A DNA stretch of 63,982 nucleotides, the filler included, from Limisphaerales bacterium (lineage in GTDB: Bacteria; Verrucomicrobiota; Verrucomicrobiia; Limisphaerales; SIBE01): NCBI GenBank assembly GCA_044225505.1. It is 3 parts of 3 records of this genome, joined end to end, with 100 filler letters (N's around TTAATTAATTAA, not from the genome) between each part and the next. Parts side by side here need not be neighbours in the genome. Positions count along the whole stretch, not along the records: positions 49,529 to 63,982 come from JBGAIN010000194.1; 2 more parts are not named here. One strand, 5' to 3'. The position numbers were made by a program, and so were the translations under genes. Positions 51,567-62,163 of the stretch are shown here, piece by piece. The notes under the pieces were generated by a model, which did no database searches, was not told the DNA's origin, and saw only the letters and a program-made list of their open reading frames with translations. The first letter of the stretch is position 1, and every line of letters begins with the position of its first letter.

Positions 51567-52985
51567 GTGGTTGTTCAGCCATTCTCTCCGGTGCCGATGC
51601 GAACTCTATCTTACCCTGCCAACGCGCTAACAACGGCATTGGAACAGTGTTGCAAATGTTTCGCAGGCGCCGCGATCGCCCTGACCGGACTATTGATCCC
51701 TGGAATATTTCAAGTCGCGGGCGCCTCCACAGCTTGGCCCATAAAGGTCAGCAACAACGGCCGCTACCTGGTCGACCGGAACAACACGCCGTTTCTCTAC
51801 ACCGCCGATACCTCCTGGACGCTGCTCTCGATGCTCAGCGTCGCGGACGCGAAAAAATATATCGACCTTCGAAAAGCGCAGGGATTCAACGCCATTCAGA
51901 CGATTGCAACCGGCTGGAACAGAAATGGCGCCGGCCCGCGCGGCGCGTTTTTCGAGAGCGGCGACATTGCTCGACCGATCGAGTCTTACTTCGCCGGAGT
52001 CGATGAGATTCTGGCCTACGCCAAATCCCAAGACATGTTGCTGACGGTCGTTTTGCTCTGGCTCGCGAATAACGGAGGTTGGAGCGGCGGCACGGCTGTC
52101 TCTCCGGCTCAATTCGCCGAATACGCTCGCTGGATGGGCCATCGCTACCAGGGTAAAGGCAACCTGATTTGGTTTCTGGGTGGAGACGAGGAGATTTCCG
52201 TGCACACGGAAGCAACTAAAACGGCGGCAGCCGCGTTGAGGTCAGCGGATCCCAATCACTTGATTTCCTATCACCCGCGATCGCGAGCGTTCGAATTGCG
52301 CTCCGCACCTTGGTTAGCCTTCCACTCGTTTCAGTGGAATGCCCATTCGCCGCCTTACACTTACCAGAGCATACGCCAGGGTTATTTTCTGGAACCCGCC
52401 AAGCCAATCCTGGATGCCGAGCCAGCGTATGATCCCAGCCCATGTTGCGGAGAAGACCGTATGACCACACCCCTAAAAGTTCGACGTAATGGTTGGTGGG
52501 CGATGCTCTCCGGGGCGATGGGCGTGGTCTATGGAGGTCCCGAAGGCACCTGGAACATCGGCACTTCGCGCGCACCGGACTGGTCCCAGCTCCAGCGCCC
52601 GGCGGCCATTCATACAGGGAACATTCGGAAGATTCTGGAACCGCTTCCTTGGAATCGGCTGGTCCCGGATTTTGGAAACAGTACGGTCGCGGGCGGTGGC
52701 AGCGAGGGCAGCACAAACTATGTGGCGACCTCGGTCGCGAATGACGGGTCGTTGATTGCCGCCTACAGCCCTGCAACAACGACGCTGCGGGTGGATCTCA
52801 CGAAACTATCCGGGCCCGGAGCGGCCCAGTGGTTCGACCCCGCATCAGGGCAAGCACAAGGCCCCCCGATGCCGATCGAGCCGGTGGGCTCCACGAACTT
52901 CACGACGCCAGGCGTGAACTCCGATGGAGCCGCGGATTGGGTGTTAATTCTCAAGACCAAAAGCCGGCTTTCGGTTGTCCCGTAA
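51567..52985 (+). CDS. DUF4038 (GH140-like) protein with C-terminal collagen-binding-like domain
   Basis: PFLYTADTSW, RKAQGFN, WFLGGD, EPAY, WFDP, DWVLIL; start uncertain. Confidence 0.8.
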   Translation: MVVQPFSPVPMRTLSYPANALTTALEQCCKCFAGAAIALTGLLIPGIFQVAGASTAWPIKVSNNGRYLVDRNNTPFLYTADTSWTLLSMLSVADAKKYIDLRKAQGFNAIQTIATGWNRNGAGPRGAFFESGDIARPIESYFAGVDEILAYAKSQDMLLTVVLLWLANNGGWSGGTAVSPAQFAEYARWMGHRYQGKGNLIWFLGGDEEISVHTEATKTAAAALRSADPNHLISYHPRSRAFELRSAPWLAFHSFQWNAHSPPYTYQSIRQGYFLEPAKPILDAEPAYDPSPCCGEDRMTTPLKVRRNGWWAMLSGAMGVVYGGPEGTWNIGTSRAPDWSQLQRPAAIHTGNIRKILEPLPWNRLVPDFGNSTVAGGGSEGSTNYVATSVANDGSLIAAYSPATTTLRVDLTKLSGPGAAQWFDPASGQAQGPPMPIEPVGSTNFTTPGVNSDGAADWVLILKTKSRLSVVP

Positions 52986-53463
52986 GCGAACGAAGCTCAG
53001 ATAGCTCCAGCACTTCCAACGCACGTCGCAACTCAACAACCGATTTCTCGAGAGCAAGGCTCTTTGAAGAAAGCCCGATGCCGTTGGCAACCCCAGTATA
53101 TTGAGGGTCACGCCTCGGAGTAACTCTTGCCTCACATCACGCGGTCCATGAATCGCTTCATGGTTTCAAGTGCGAGAGCAGGCGTTAAAACGCGGCCTGG
53201 AGACTAGGGGATCTAGTAACGACGACGCGATCCTTGCTCGGGCGGTCAAGCGCGGTCTAGCTGAAACAGTTTTTTCTAGAATAGCTGGATTCAGGACATA
53301 CGATTCTCTGCCCAATTTCGCTAACGTTGGTATGGCCGACTTGGAAAGACCAGCTTCGGAAATTCAACCACCTCCGTGGGCACGCCAGTCGGTCAATCCA
53401 ACAGGAAGCGCTCATACCCCCACCTCGAGGCCCACCTCTCGAGGCACGGTAACGGTCGTCGGC

Positions 53464-53946
53464 ATGTCGCTCGGCGGCGGCGGCGGCTTCCAACTTACGG
53501 GTAGCTTTTCCGGTGCGGTCGTCGGGGCACTGCTTGGATTTCTGGTGGCCTGGAGAACGTTGGAATGGCGGTCTAGATACAGAGGCGAGGCAGGTGTTTG
53601 TCGCGCGTGGCCCAGCGCGTTGCTAGGCCTGATTCTGGCCACTTCGGCGTGGATAGTTGCTGTTCTCGTCTTGCTTTGGGTGACAAGCAGGCCGCCTGGA
53701 ACATTTCACGATCAGGGCGGGATGCTTATCACTTTCATCGTTCTGCCTGTGCTTCTCTTGTGTTGGTTAACGGGCGGCCTTGTCGCCTCGGTGGCTGGCC
53801 ATTATGGGATAAGCCAGATTAAGGAGGGTAAGCGTCCCAAGTCCGAGCTCTGGTTGGCGCGGAGTGCCCTTGTCCTCAGTTGGCCGATGCTATTGATGCC
53901 GCTGGCCGTTATCTTAGAACGCCTGCTAGCTGGGTTTTCCTGGTGA
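53464..53946 (+). CDS. Hypothetical multi-TM membrane protein
   Basis: Four hydrophobic segments; the frame is open from 53170. Confidence 0.55.
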   Translation: MSLGGGGGFQLTGSFSGAVVGALLGFLVAWRTLEWRSRYRGEAGVCRAWPSALLGLILATSAWIVAVLVLLWVTSRPPGTFHDQGGMLITFIVLPVLLLCWLTGGLVASVAGHYGISQIKEGKRPKSELWLARSALVLSWPMLLMPLAVILERLLAGFSW

Positions 53947-54133
53947 GAAAGATGCCGAGACGCCCGTTCCCTTTTTAGCGATGCACCGGACAACGCACCG
54001 TCCATGCCAGCAGCAAGCGGGACTCAGACTGGAACGTCCTCTCGGCCCAGTGGGATTTGGGTTCAATCCACGGGATTCCCATTGAGCCCACAAAACGATG
54101 AACGAAGGCAAACTCCAAACAGAAGCCATCTCT

Positions 54134-54577
54134 ATGAGAATACCAATGATAGCGACGGGATTTATTGTGTTTGCGACTGGGTGTCTCTCTCCTGCCCCCA
54201 GCTCAACCAGTCAAAGTACCACTGGAGCAAACGCTGAATCGGTGCCCCAGATCGAGAGGGCGTTTCGACCCCAGGTAATGATCGAGGGCCGCAATACCTA
54301 TTTCATGGCCGATTTGGAAAAGCTGAAAACTGGTCGAGGAGGAGCGGGACGGCCTCCAGTGTCCCGCGCGAAAGCGGAAAAATTGGCCAGGAAATGGTTG
54401 GCGGAAAATGCTCCGCATCTTAAAAACTCCCCAAAAGCAAGCGGACCGCATCAGGTCGGAGGAGTGCCGAGTTCGGCGTATTACCTCGTGGACTTAGGGA
54501 CCAGCGACCCGTCGGTCAGGTTTCAGGAAGTGCTTGTCTTGATGGATTCGACGATCGTCCCGAGCGAGTTGAAGTAG
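54134..54577 (+). CDS. Hypothetical lipoprotein
   Basis: FIVFATG|C lipobox and a Ser/Thr-rich linker. Confidence 0.65.
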   Translation: MRIPMIATGFIVFATGCLSPAPSSTSQSTTGANAESVPQIERAFRPQVMIEGRNTYFMADLEKLKTGRGGAGRPPVSRAKAEKLARKWLAENAPHLKNSPKASGPHQVGGVPSSAYYLVDLGTSDPSVRFQEVLVLMDSTIVPSELK

Positions 54578-54611
54578 CCCAGGTTGACTGAAGCCTTCGT
54601 TCCGCCAGAGC

Positions 54612-57600
54612 TCAGAATGCCCCATTGAGTCTCGATCTGTCTGCTTGATCGGCAGAGCCGACCGCAGTGCTCTCCGAGAGAACCGAAGGAGCGCTAATGG
54701 CCGTCGCGGTCGCCAGCGAGCGGTCGTCCGCGTCATTGCTTGCGCGAGCTGATCCAACGGGAGCATCCGACAAGCTCCAGTCGAGGTTAAGCCTTCCAAG
54801 CTCGGCGCGAATTACAGGCAAGTTCCAAGCGACGGTCTCGCCATCGTCCCTCGCGGCCAAGAGCCACTGACCATCCGCACTGAACTTCAACGCCTCGGAA
54901 CCTTTGATCGGCGCTGGATTTGGCGGAGAAAGCGTGGCCAATTCGCGACCCGTTGCGGTCTCGTAAAGGCGCACATGCGTTCGGTTGAGCGAAACGGCAA
55001 ACACTTCGCTGTCAGGCGAAAACGCGACGGGCGGAGCTGCACCGGGAACTTCCAATTCAATGGCTGGATAGGCACGGAACAGCGGCTCGAGGGAATAAAT
55101 CTGCACCGTGGTGCGGGTGGCGACCGAAAACCAACGGCTGTTCGGGCTGAGCTTGATCTGACTAAATGGTTCCACACTATAGATCAGCCGCCCGTGCCGC
55201 CGGTCCCATAGCTGAGGTTGCTCGTGATGCCGCATGGTTGCGATCCAGCGACCATCGTCGGTGAGACTCAAGGCGTGCGCAGTTTTCGCCCAGGTCTGCC
55301 GCGGTCGCTCGCCTTGGATATCAAGGAAGATCACGGCATCAGTCGCCGCGATGACAAGTGTCCGCCCGTCCCCAGCCAGAGTTCCAGTATTGATTTTTTC
55401 CCCTGGCTCACCTCGATAAACCTCCCTTCCGATGTGCCAGGATGCAGGCGGATTGGCCAGCACTTCCGGGCTAACGTCGTAACTGTTCACCCGATTGCCG
55501 TGGAAAGCTTCGAACGTGAAGAGCGTCCTGCTATCCGCGCTGAACTGAGCCCAAATGCCCTTGAGCCTGGCAATTTCCCGGCTGCGCGCAAGATCCCACA
55601 AGAAACAGTCGCCTTCGATGCCGGTCACTACCGAGACGCAGCCAACCACGGCCAAGCGTTGGTCCGAACTAATCCAAACCCCAAGTGTCTCACGAGTCCG
55701 CCCTGCCCATGCCACCGTCCGGTAGCCTGTCTGCCGCAGCAAAGTCGCAACGGATTCCGACGCGGGCCACTCGCGCAAGCCGATCAGGCGATCGCCGACG
55801 GAGCTAACAGCCGAGAGACCAAGCCGCGTTTCCCGCAACAACGCCCGGCCGGAAACCAAATCCCAAATGATGCTGGACTGATCCCACGCATAGCTCAGGA
55901 GCATGGAGCCGTCAGGAGTGAATTGAAGGCGGTCGACATAGGCCTGATGACCGTGCAATTCAAGCACGGCGCCGGTCACATGGGCACTTCCACGATTGGA
56001 CTCAACCCCTCGCAATGCCAACCGTCCGCGGTCGCCGGCCAAAGCCAGACGTCTTCCATCAGGTTGCCAGACGAGCTGTTTCGGCGGAAAATCCAAGGTA
56101 AATGAAGTCCGAGTGCGCCCAGACTCGGCATCCCAGATTTCGACGCTTCCCCCTGGGTCGGCAGGCAGAACGGCAATCTGACTGGAATCTGGAGAAAACG
56201 CCGCGGCCAGGGCTGGACGGCCTGGCTGCAATCGGCGCGCTTCGATAGTCTGGCGAAGCGGTTGCACAACCACCCCACTCGGGGTCAACAGAAGGACGGA
56301 ATGGCTGTCCGGAGACACCTCGATTCGGTCGACACCTTCTAAGCTTAGAACCGCTTCGTCAGAGCCCTCAGCTTCCCAGGCCCGGACCAGCCCCGCCCCA
56401 TGCTCCAAGTGCACAACGAGAAACTCTGCATTGGGTGTGAAGAGTGCCTGGTCCACCGTCGCGCCAGCCGGAATCTGGAAAGATCGAACAACCCGCTCCG
56501 ATGGGAACTCGCAGATGGAAAGTGCACCTGCGCCTGAGCTACGGACAAACCGCTCCAGCGGAGCGTCCCAACCGAGCAGATACAAGGATTGCTTCGAAAT
56601 CCAATTCGTCGGGACGGCGATATCCACGAGCGCGAGCTGGCCGATCGCTTCCTGCCGCAGCGCCAGAACCTGGGCCTGGCCGAGCTGCGTGCGCCTGCTC
56701 AATTGATGTAAGAGTGCTGCGCTGGCCACCCGGGCGCCAGGACCGCCAGCAAATCGGAGCGCCTTGGCTTCGCTCAGCCGAGACTTCCAAAGCTCCGTCT
56801 CTGCGCGATCACGTTCGCGCGTGGCCGTTTGACCGGCCGCCTCGGCCTTGGAGCGCGCTAACGCCTGGTCGTGCTCGGCGATCATGGCCCGGGCGCGGTC
56901 TGATCGAGCCTTGAACAGCGCCACGGTAGAGATTCCTAAGCCAATGATCAGCGCCGTGGTCACAGCCGCTCCAGCAGCGAAGACCAGCTTGTGCCGCTTC
57001 CAGGAGGTCTGAATTCGGTAAGCCGGACTGGGCGGGCGCGCGACAACGGGTTCATGGTTCAGGTACCGCTTGAGATCGGCCGCCACGCCGTTGGCCGTCT
57101 CGTATCGCCGGGCTCGGTCTTTCTCCAAACATTTCATCACAATCCAGTCCAAATCTCCGCGGAGAAGGCGAATCAAAGCCGCGGAATCGGCAGCACACGG
57201 GCTGGAAGTGCCGGCGTGTTCCCTGTTCCGCAAGGACGCCAGCTTAGTGCTTGGTCGGACTGGTGCTCGTTCGCAGATTATCTGGCGCATTCCGTCCACG
57301 CCAGAGGCCAACAGCTCGGTAGCATCAAATGGAGGCTTGCCCGTGAGCAGTTCATAAAGCAGCACTCCCAGACTGTAAATGTCGCTGCGCGTGTCCACAT
57401 CCAGGCCGCCTAATTGCGCCTGCTCCGGACTCATGTAAGCGGGCGTGCCGACGAACTGATTGAGTTGGGTGCAAACCGTGGCTTCGGTGAGCCGACCCTC
57501 GATCGCTTTGGCGATCCCGAAGTCAATCACCTTGGGAACCGCCACCCCGTCGTGAAGTGCCACCAGAATATTCGAAGGCTTGATATCGCGATGGATAATT

Positions 57601-58283
57601 CCTTTTTGATGGGCATGCTGAATCGCCTGGCAGACGCGAATGAAGAGATCCAAGCGTTCTCGGGTCGACAAGTGGTTCTGATCGCAATACTCGGTGATCC
57701 GGACGCCGCGCACCAGTTCCATCACAAAGTAAGGACGTCCGGTAACGCCGGCCTTCCATTCGGCCCGTCGTGTCGAGGGAGATTCGCCCGCTGGGAGTGA
57801 GTCATCCGGTTCCTGCGTATGGATCGTCCCCGCGTCCAGGACTTTCGCAATGTTGGGGTGGTCCATCAGCGCCAAGGCTTGCCGCTCGGCCTCAAAACGG
57901 GCGACCACCTGTTTGGTGTCCATGCCCAACTTGATGACCTTCAAAGCGACACGGCGGCGGATCGGCTCGGTCTGCTCCGCGATATAAACCACCCCGCAGC
58001 CGCCTTCACCAATCTTCTCCAGCAATCGAAATCGGCCAATCGTCTGCCCCAAAGCCTCCTCGTGGAGCCCGGGAGAACCAAGGTCCAATCTCTCATAAAG
58101 GGACTTACTTGCGTCGGCCATCAAGCTGCCGGAGTCCTCATGGGCGGCAAGCAAAGCCTCGAGACGCCGTTTCAAGAGCGTATCGTCACCGCATTCGCGG
58201 TCCAGAAACCTGGCGCGCTCGGCCCCCGTGAGTTCGGCCGCGCCCTGGAACAGAATCTCCTCGCGTGGCGGTAGTGGCGTCAT
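54612..58283 (-). CDS. Ser/Thr protein kinase with TM helix and WD40-like propellers
   Basis: GEGGCG, VALK, HRDIKPSN, DFG, SPE, GDLDWIVMK, TM segment, FSPD repeats; ATG 58283 just after the ECF gene. Confidence 0.93.
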   Translation of the reverse strand: MTPLPPREEILFQGAAELTGAERARFLDRECGDDTLLKRRLEALLAAHEDSGSLMADASKSLYERLDLGSPGLHEEALGQTIGRFRLLEKIGEGGCGVVYIAEQTEPIRRRVALKVIKLGMDTKQVVARFEAERQALALMDHPNIAKVLDAGTIHTQEPDDSLPAGESPSTRRAEWKAGVTGRPYFVMELVRGVRITEYCDQNHLSTRERLDLFIRVCQAIQHAHQKGIIHRDIKPSNILVALHDGVAVPKVIDFGIAKAIEGRLTEATVCTQLNQFVGTPAYMSPEQAQLGGLDVDTRSDIYSLGVLLYELLTGKPPFDATELLASGVDGMRQIICERAPVRPSTKLASLRNREHAGTSSPCAADSAALIRLLRGDLDWIVMKCLEKDRARRYETANGVAADLKRYLNHEPVVARPPSPAYRIQTSWKRHKLVFAAGAAVTTALIIGLGISTVALFKARSDRARAMIAEHDQALARSKAEAAGQTATRERDRAETELWKSRLSEAKALRFAGGPGARVASAALLHQLSRRTQLGQAQVLALRQEAIGQLALVDIAVPTNWISKQSLYLLGWDAPLERFVRSSGAGALSICEFPSERVVRSFQIPAGATVDQALFTPNAEFLVVHLEHGAGLVRAWEAEGSDEAVLSLEGVDRIEVSPDSHSVLLLTPSGVVVQPLRQTIEARRLQPGRPALAAAFSPDSSQIAVLPADPGGSVEIWDAESGRTRTSFTLDFPPKQLVWQPDGRRLALAGDRGRLALRGVESNRGSAHVTGAVLELHGHQAYVDRLQFTPDGSMLLSYAWDQSSIIWDLVSGRALLRETRLGLSAVSSVGDRLIGLREWPASESVATLLRQTGYRTVAWAGRTRETLGVWISSDQRLAVVGCVSVVTGIEGDCFLWDLARSREIARLKGIWAQFSADSRTLFTFEAFHGNRVNSYDVSPEVLANPPASWHIGREVYRGEPGEKINTGTLAGDGRTLVIAATDAVIFLDIQGERPRQTWAKTAHALSLTDDGRWIATMRHHEQPQLWDRRHGRLIYSVEPFSQIKLSPNSRWFSVATRTTVQIYSLEPLFRAYPAIELEVPGAAPPVAFSPDSEVFAVSLNRTHVRLYETATGRELATLSPPNPAPIKGSEALKFSADGQWLLAARDDGETVAWNLPVIRAELGRLNLDWSLSDAPVGSARASNDADDRSLATATAISAPSVLSESTAVGSADQADRSRLNGAF

Positions 58284-58288
58284 CCGAC

Positions 58289-58870
58289 CTACGGGCCGCC
58301 GGGCGACCCGACCTTCGCTCTCCCTGCGATCTCGACCTTCAGCCAGGACCGGGCGTAGCTCCACCACTGTTTCGCCGTGGGCACGGCGATGCCCAGCACT
58401 TCGGCTGCCTCCTCAAACTTAAGCCCGACGAAGTAGCGCAGCTTTACCAGCTCAGCTTTCCGGAAATCCACGGCCGCAAGTTTTTCGAGCGCGTCATGGA
58501 CTGCCAGCAACTGATCGTCCGCCGCAGGCGCGGGAATGTCCACCTCGTCTAAATCGCTCCGAGGCGCCCCGGCACCACGTTTCACAGCCTGACGACGACG
58601 AGCTCGATCCACGAGAATACACCGCATGGCCTCGGCAGCCGTGGCGAAGAAATGCTGGCGTCCTTGCCAGTCCGGTTGGTCCTTGCCTGCGATTCTGAGC
58701 CATGCCTCGTGGACCAGGGCAGTTGGCTGCAACGTGTGTTCCTGCGGTTCGTTGGATAAACGGCGCGCGGCCAAGTGGCGCAGTTCGTTATAGACCAGCG
58801 GTAACAATTCGGTCGCTGCTTTGCTGTCGCCCTCCGCGGCAGCCTGAAGCAATTGAGTCACCTCGTTCAT
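58289..58870 (-). CDS. ECF sigma factor (TIGR02999-like)
   Basis: VYNELR, TLQPTALVHEAWLR, LVKLRYF; paralog of 16996..17550. Confidence 0.93.
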   Translation of the reverse strand: MNEVTQLLQAAAEGDSKAATELLPLVYNELRHLAARRLSNEPQEHTLQPTALVHEAWLRIAGKDQPDWQGRQHFFATAAEAMRCILVDRARRRQAVKRGAGAPRSDLDEVDIPAPAADDQLLAVHDALEKLAAVDFRKAELVKLRYFVGLKFEEAAEVLGIAVPTAKQWWSYARSWLKVEIAGRAKVGSPGGP

Positions 58871-59271
58871 GAGAGCCTTTCCCGGAAACTGGTCGACCGG
58901 TAAGGGTCAGTTTAACAGGTGAGAGCACCCCGCAAAGCATTAATTCACTTTTCCATATCAGGGTTTTGGGCAACTCCCCGCGGAGGCAGCACTTAATTGC
59001 GCCATGAAAACAGAACCATCAGCCTGAACGGTCAACCGTGCTCTTAATGCGCTGCCGAAGGGAAGAGTTTCCCCCACACTTTCAGTTGGAGAATCGCCGC
59101 GGTGTTCGAATGGCGCAGGCAAGACCTACGGCATTCCGCAGCAAATTGAAGGCGCGTTAGACAATCTCAGAAGCAAACCCCGTCGCCATCGGCACCCCCG
59201 TGGACGGCGAACCTCGTGTCCAAAGCTCGAACTGGCAGCGGTCCGCCCCTGATGAGGCGCTTGCGCATCCC

Positions 59272-61845
59272 TCACTGGCTTTGCATTTCCCGCCTTAAAA
59301 GACGAAAATACAAAGCGCTGCCGAACGCGGTATTTGTGAGGGTAAATCGGGTGCCGACCAGCCTGGGCACATCCGAGGAGTCGGTCCAGGTCGCAGGCGA
59401 ATTCAACCGTAGGGCTGTTTGGAGAGTCCATCCAACGCCATCGTTAGGCCAGGACAGGACAATGCCATTTCCGTTAGAGCTTACGCGCAAGGCCAAGGGT
59501 CCTGGGATGCGGGTTCCAATAAGCGCAACCGTGTGTTGACGTCCCGCAGAAACCGCCGTTACTGGCATCAAGTGTTCGGGCACCAAGCTCTGATGATCTT
59601 CGTCTAGTCCCCATCCCACCAGTGTGCCAGCGTCCTGCAAGGCCACCGAATGATATGCTCCAGCGGCAATGGCCTGAATCCCGCGCTGCGCCGAAATGGG
59701 AACAGTTGCCTGGCCATACTTATTATCTCCCCAAGCCACGACTGAACCATCGTTCTTCAACGCTACAGTGTGGCCTTCGCCAGCTGCGATCGCCATCACG
59801 GCGCTCTGGGCCGCCGCGGGCACCGTCGTCTGGCCGGACGCATTCCATCCCCACGCGATCACTGACCCGTCGTCCTTCAATGCGACGACGTGCTTCTCTC
59901 CGGCGGCGATGGCAACTATTCCGCTCTGCGCCTCGACTGGCACGCTGGTCTGGCCAAAATCGTTGATCCCCCACGCGATGACTTTCCCAGCCTCGGATAA
60001 GGCGACCGTGCAATTCCAGCCCGCCGCAATCCCCACGATCCCGTTCCGAGCTTCGAGCGGCACGCTTCTCTGGCCCGAGCGATTATCGCCCCACGCCACC
60101 ACGCTTCCCTCGCTGGTCAGAGCCACACTGTGATTTCGTCCCGCGGCAATCGATGCCACTCCGGTCTGAGCCGCTTCGGGAATCCTGGTTTGACCAACAT
60201 GATTATTTCCCCAAGCCACCACGCTTCCGCGGCTCGTCAAAGCGAGAGTGTGAAACCCACCCGCGGCAACCGCCACGACCCCACTTCGCGCCGTCATAGG
60301 TATCGTGATCAAACCGTCCCCGTCGTCACCCACATCATCTCCCCAGGCTACGACTGTTCCGGGGACGATGGAACTGCTCACCGTCAGTTCGGCCGGGGGC
60401 GCGCTGGTCACACTCCCCGCCAGGTTCCTCACGACCACCGTGTAGCTCCCGGCCTGATTGGTTTGCACGAGAGTTAGCTTGTAGACCGCCTGCGTTGCAC
60501 CGATCAGATCCACCCCGTTCTTGCGCCACTGGTAGTTCAACGGATGGCCTGTGGCATCAACGTTCAAACTCGTTGTGTTCCACACGTGAACCGACTGATT
60601 CCGAGGGGGTGTCGTGATCGCCGGTGCAGTCGGGCTGACCAGGACAACCGTATGAAACCCTCCAGCCGCGATTGCCGTCACACCCCCGCGCGCCGCGGCG
60701 GGGACACTGGTTTGCCCGGATGCGTTGTCTCCCCACGCCACAATGGTCCCGTCGTCCTTTAAAGCCACCGTGTGAAACTCACCGGCCGCAATTGCCGTCA
60801 CGCCACTGCGGGCAGCGGTGGGAACATTCGTTTGGCCGTAGGCGTTCCATCCCCATGCGACCACGGAGCCATCGTTTTTTAAGGCCACGGTGTGACGCGA
60901 GCCGGCCGCGATCTTTATTACACCGGTCTGCGCCGCAATGGGCACGCTCGACTGGCCGAAGATATTCCATCCCCACGCCACCACCGAACCGTTACTCTTC
61001 AAAGCCACCGTGTGAGCCCATCCAGCAGCAATCGCGGTCACGCCGGTCTGCGCACTGGCAGGAACTTGCGACTGGCCAAGGTCCGGAATGAACTCCGTGG
61101 CATTGATTCCTGCTCCCCAGGCCACGACCGAGCCGTCGTTTTTCAGCGCCACGGTGTGCGCCCACCCTGCGGCAATCGCGGTCACACCGCTCCGGGCCTG
61201 GGAAGGAACCGCTGTTTGGCCGCTGCCGCCAAATCCCCAGGCAACAGCCGAACCGTCCTCCATGAGGGCTACGGAATGACTTCCCCCCGCCGCAACCGCT
61301 ATCACTCCGGTCAGAGCATCTGGAGGAACGTACGTCTGCCCCCAATCGGTGGAACCCCAGGCCAGGACTGAACCGTCATTCTTCAATGCCAAGGTATGCG
61401 CCTCGCCTGCGGCAATCGCAGTCACACCGCTTTGGGCTGCGACCGGGATATTCGTTTGACCAGATTTGTTACTGCCCCATACCAACACCGTCTCGAGAGA
61501 GGAGGTCTGCCCCACCGCAGCGCGCAGACTTCCACCAAGGATGAGAAGCACCGCCGAGAACGCACCTTGCATTCTTTGACGCAGTCTTCGTGGCGGACTG
61601 TCGCGGCAGAAAGTTCTCAGGTCCGATGAGACTTCGTCGAATCCGACAGTGCGTTGGGCCGCGACGTTGCACGTGCTCTGACCCGAGATCGTCAGGCCAT
61701 ACCCTCGGGCGGAGGGTCTGAGCCAGTCGTCTGGCGATCGGCCGCCCACGGATTCAGCCAATCGGCCAACCGCAACTCCCATGACGTACCGTTGCCCATC
61801 TTGCGAATCGGTCCACTTCAAGCGCAGCATTTTCATCATTCCCAC
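59272..61845 (-). CDS. Secreted RCC1-repeat protein with a central Ig domain
   Basis: Repeats of VTAIAAGxxHTVALKxDGSVVAWGxNxxGQ and Ig motif YQWRKNG...AGSYTVVV; the true start may be 61572. Confidence 0.9.
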   Translation of the reverse strand: MGMMKMLRLKWTDSQDGQRYVMGVAVGRLAESVGGRSPDDWLRPSARGYGLTISGQSTCNVAAQRTVGFDEVSSDLRTFCRDSPPRRLRQRMQGAFSAVLLILGGSLRAAVGQTSSLETVLVWGSNKSGQTNIPVAAQSGVTAIAAGEAHTLALKNDGSVLAWGSTDWGQTYVPPDALTGVIAVAAGGSHSVALMEDGSAVAWGFGGSGQTAVPSQARSGVTAIAAGWAHTVALKNDGSVVAWGAGINATEFIPDLGQSQVPASAQTGVTAIAAGWAHTVALKSNGSVVAWGWNIFGQSSVPIAAQTGVIKIAAGSRHTVALKNDGSVVAWGWNAYGQTNVPTAARSGVTAIAAGEFHTVALKDDGTIVAWGDNASGQTSVPAAARGGVTAIAAGGFHTVVLVSPTAPAITTPPRNQSVHVWNTTSLNVDATGHPLNYQWRKNGVDLIGATQAVYKLTLVQTNQAGSYTVVVRNLAGSVTSAPPAELTVSSSIVPGTVVAWGDDVGDDGDGLITIPMTARSGVVAVAAGGFHTLALTSRGSVVAWGNNHVGQTRIPEAAQTGVASIAAGRNHSVALTSEGSVVAWGDNRSGQRSVPLEARNGIVGIAAGWNCTVALSEAGKVIAWGINDFGQTSVPVEAQSGIVAIAAGEKHVVALKDDGSVIAWGWNASGQTTVPAAAQSAVMAIAAGEGHTVALKNDGSVVAWGDNKYGQATVPISAQRGIQAIAAGAYHSVALQDAGTLVGWGLDEDHQSLVPEHLMPVTAVSAGRQHTVALIGTRIPGPLALRVSSNGNGIVLSWPNDGVGWTLQTALRLNSPATWTDSSDVPRLVGTRFTLTNTAFGSALYFRLLRREMQSQ

Positions 61846-62120
61846 CTACAGAAGCGACAAAGCCGACGAAAAAGTATGTTCACGCCCGTCGACATATATT
61901 CCCGCCCGGAGCCGCAACCGTTTCCCGCCGGAGATTCGGCTGCCTGTGGCCGTGCTCTTTATGGCCGTCGCCACAACAGTGATGACTTCGCCCATCTTCG
62001 ATCTATTGATCCGGACGAGAGAGCCGCCGATTGCCGATGAGCCGAACGCTTCGATCGCCGTCGCTCCGAACTTCAATTCCCTCGCCAAAGTATGACTCAT
62101 GACGACGAGGCCATTCGGAC

Positions 62121-62163
62121 CAAGGCCGGTGCAAGGCCGGTGCAAGGCCGGTGCAAGGCCGGT
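62121..62163. repeat. 11-bp tandem repeat (CAAGGCCGGTG) x about 4
   Basis: Three full copies plus a 10-bp fourth copy. Confidence 0.95.

Noticed and set aside
59600..61450. Nucleotide-level periodic repeats
   Set aside because: Explained by the RCC1 protein repeats.
62121..62163. Possible CRISPR array
   Set aside because: Contiguous 11-bp units with no spacers and no cas genes.
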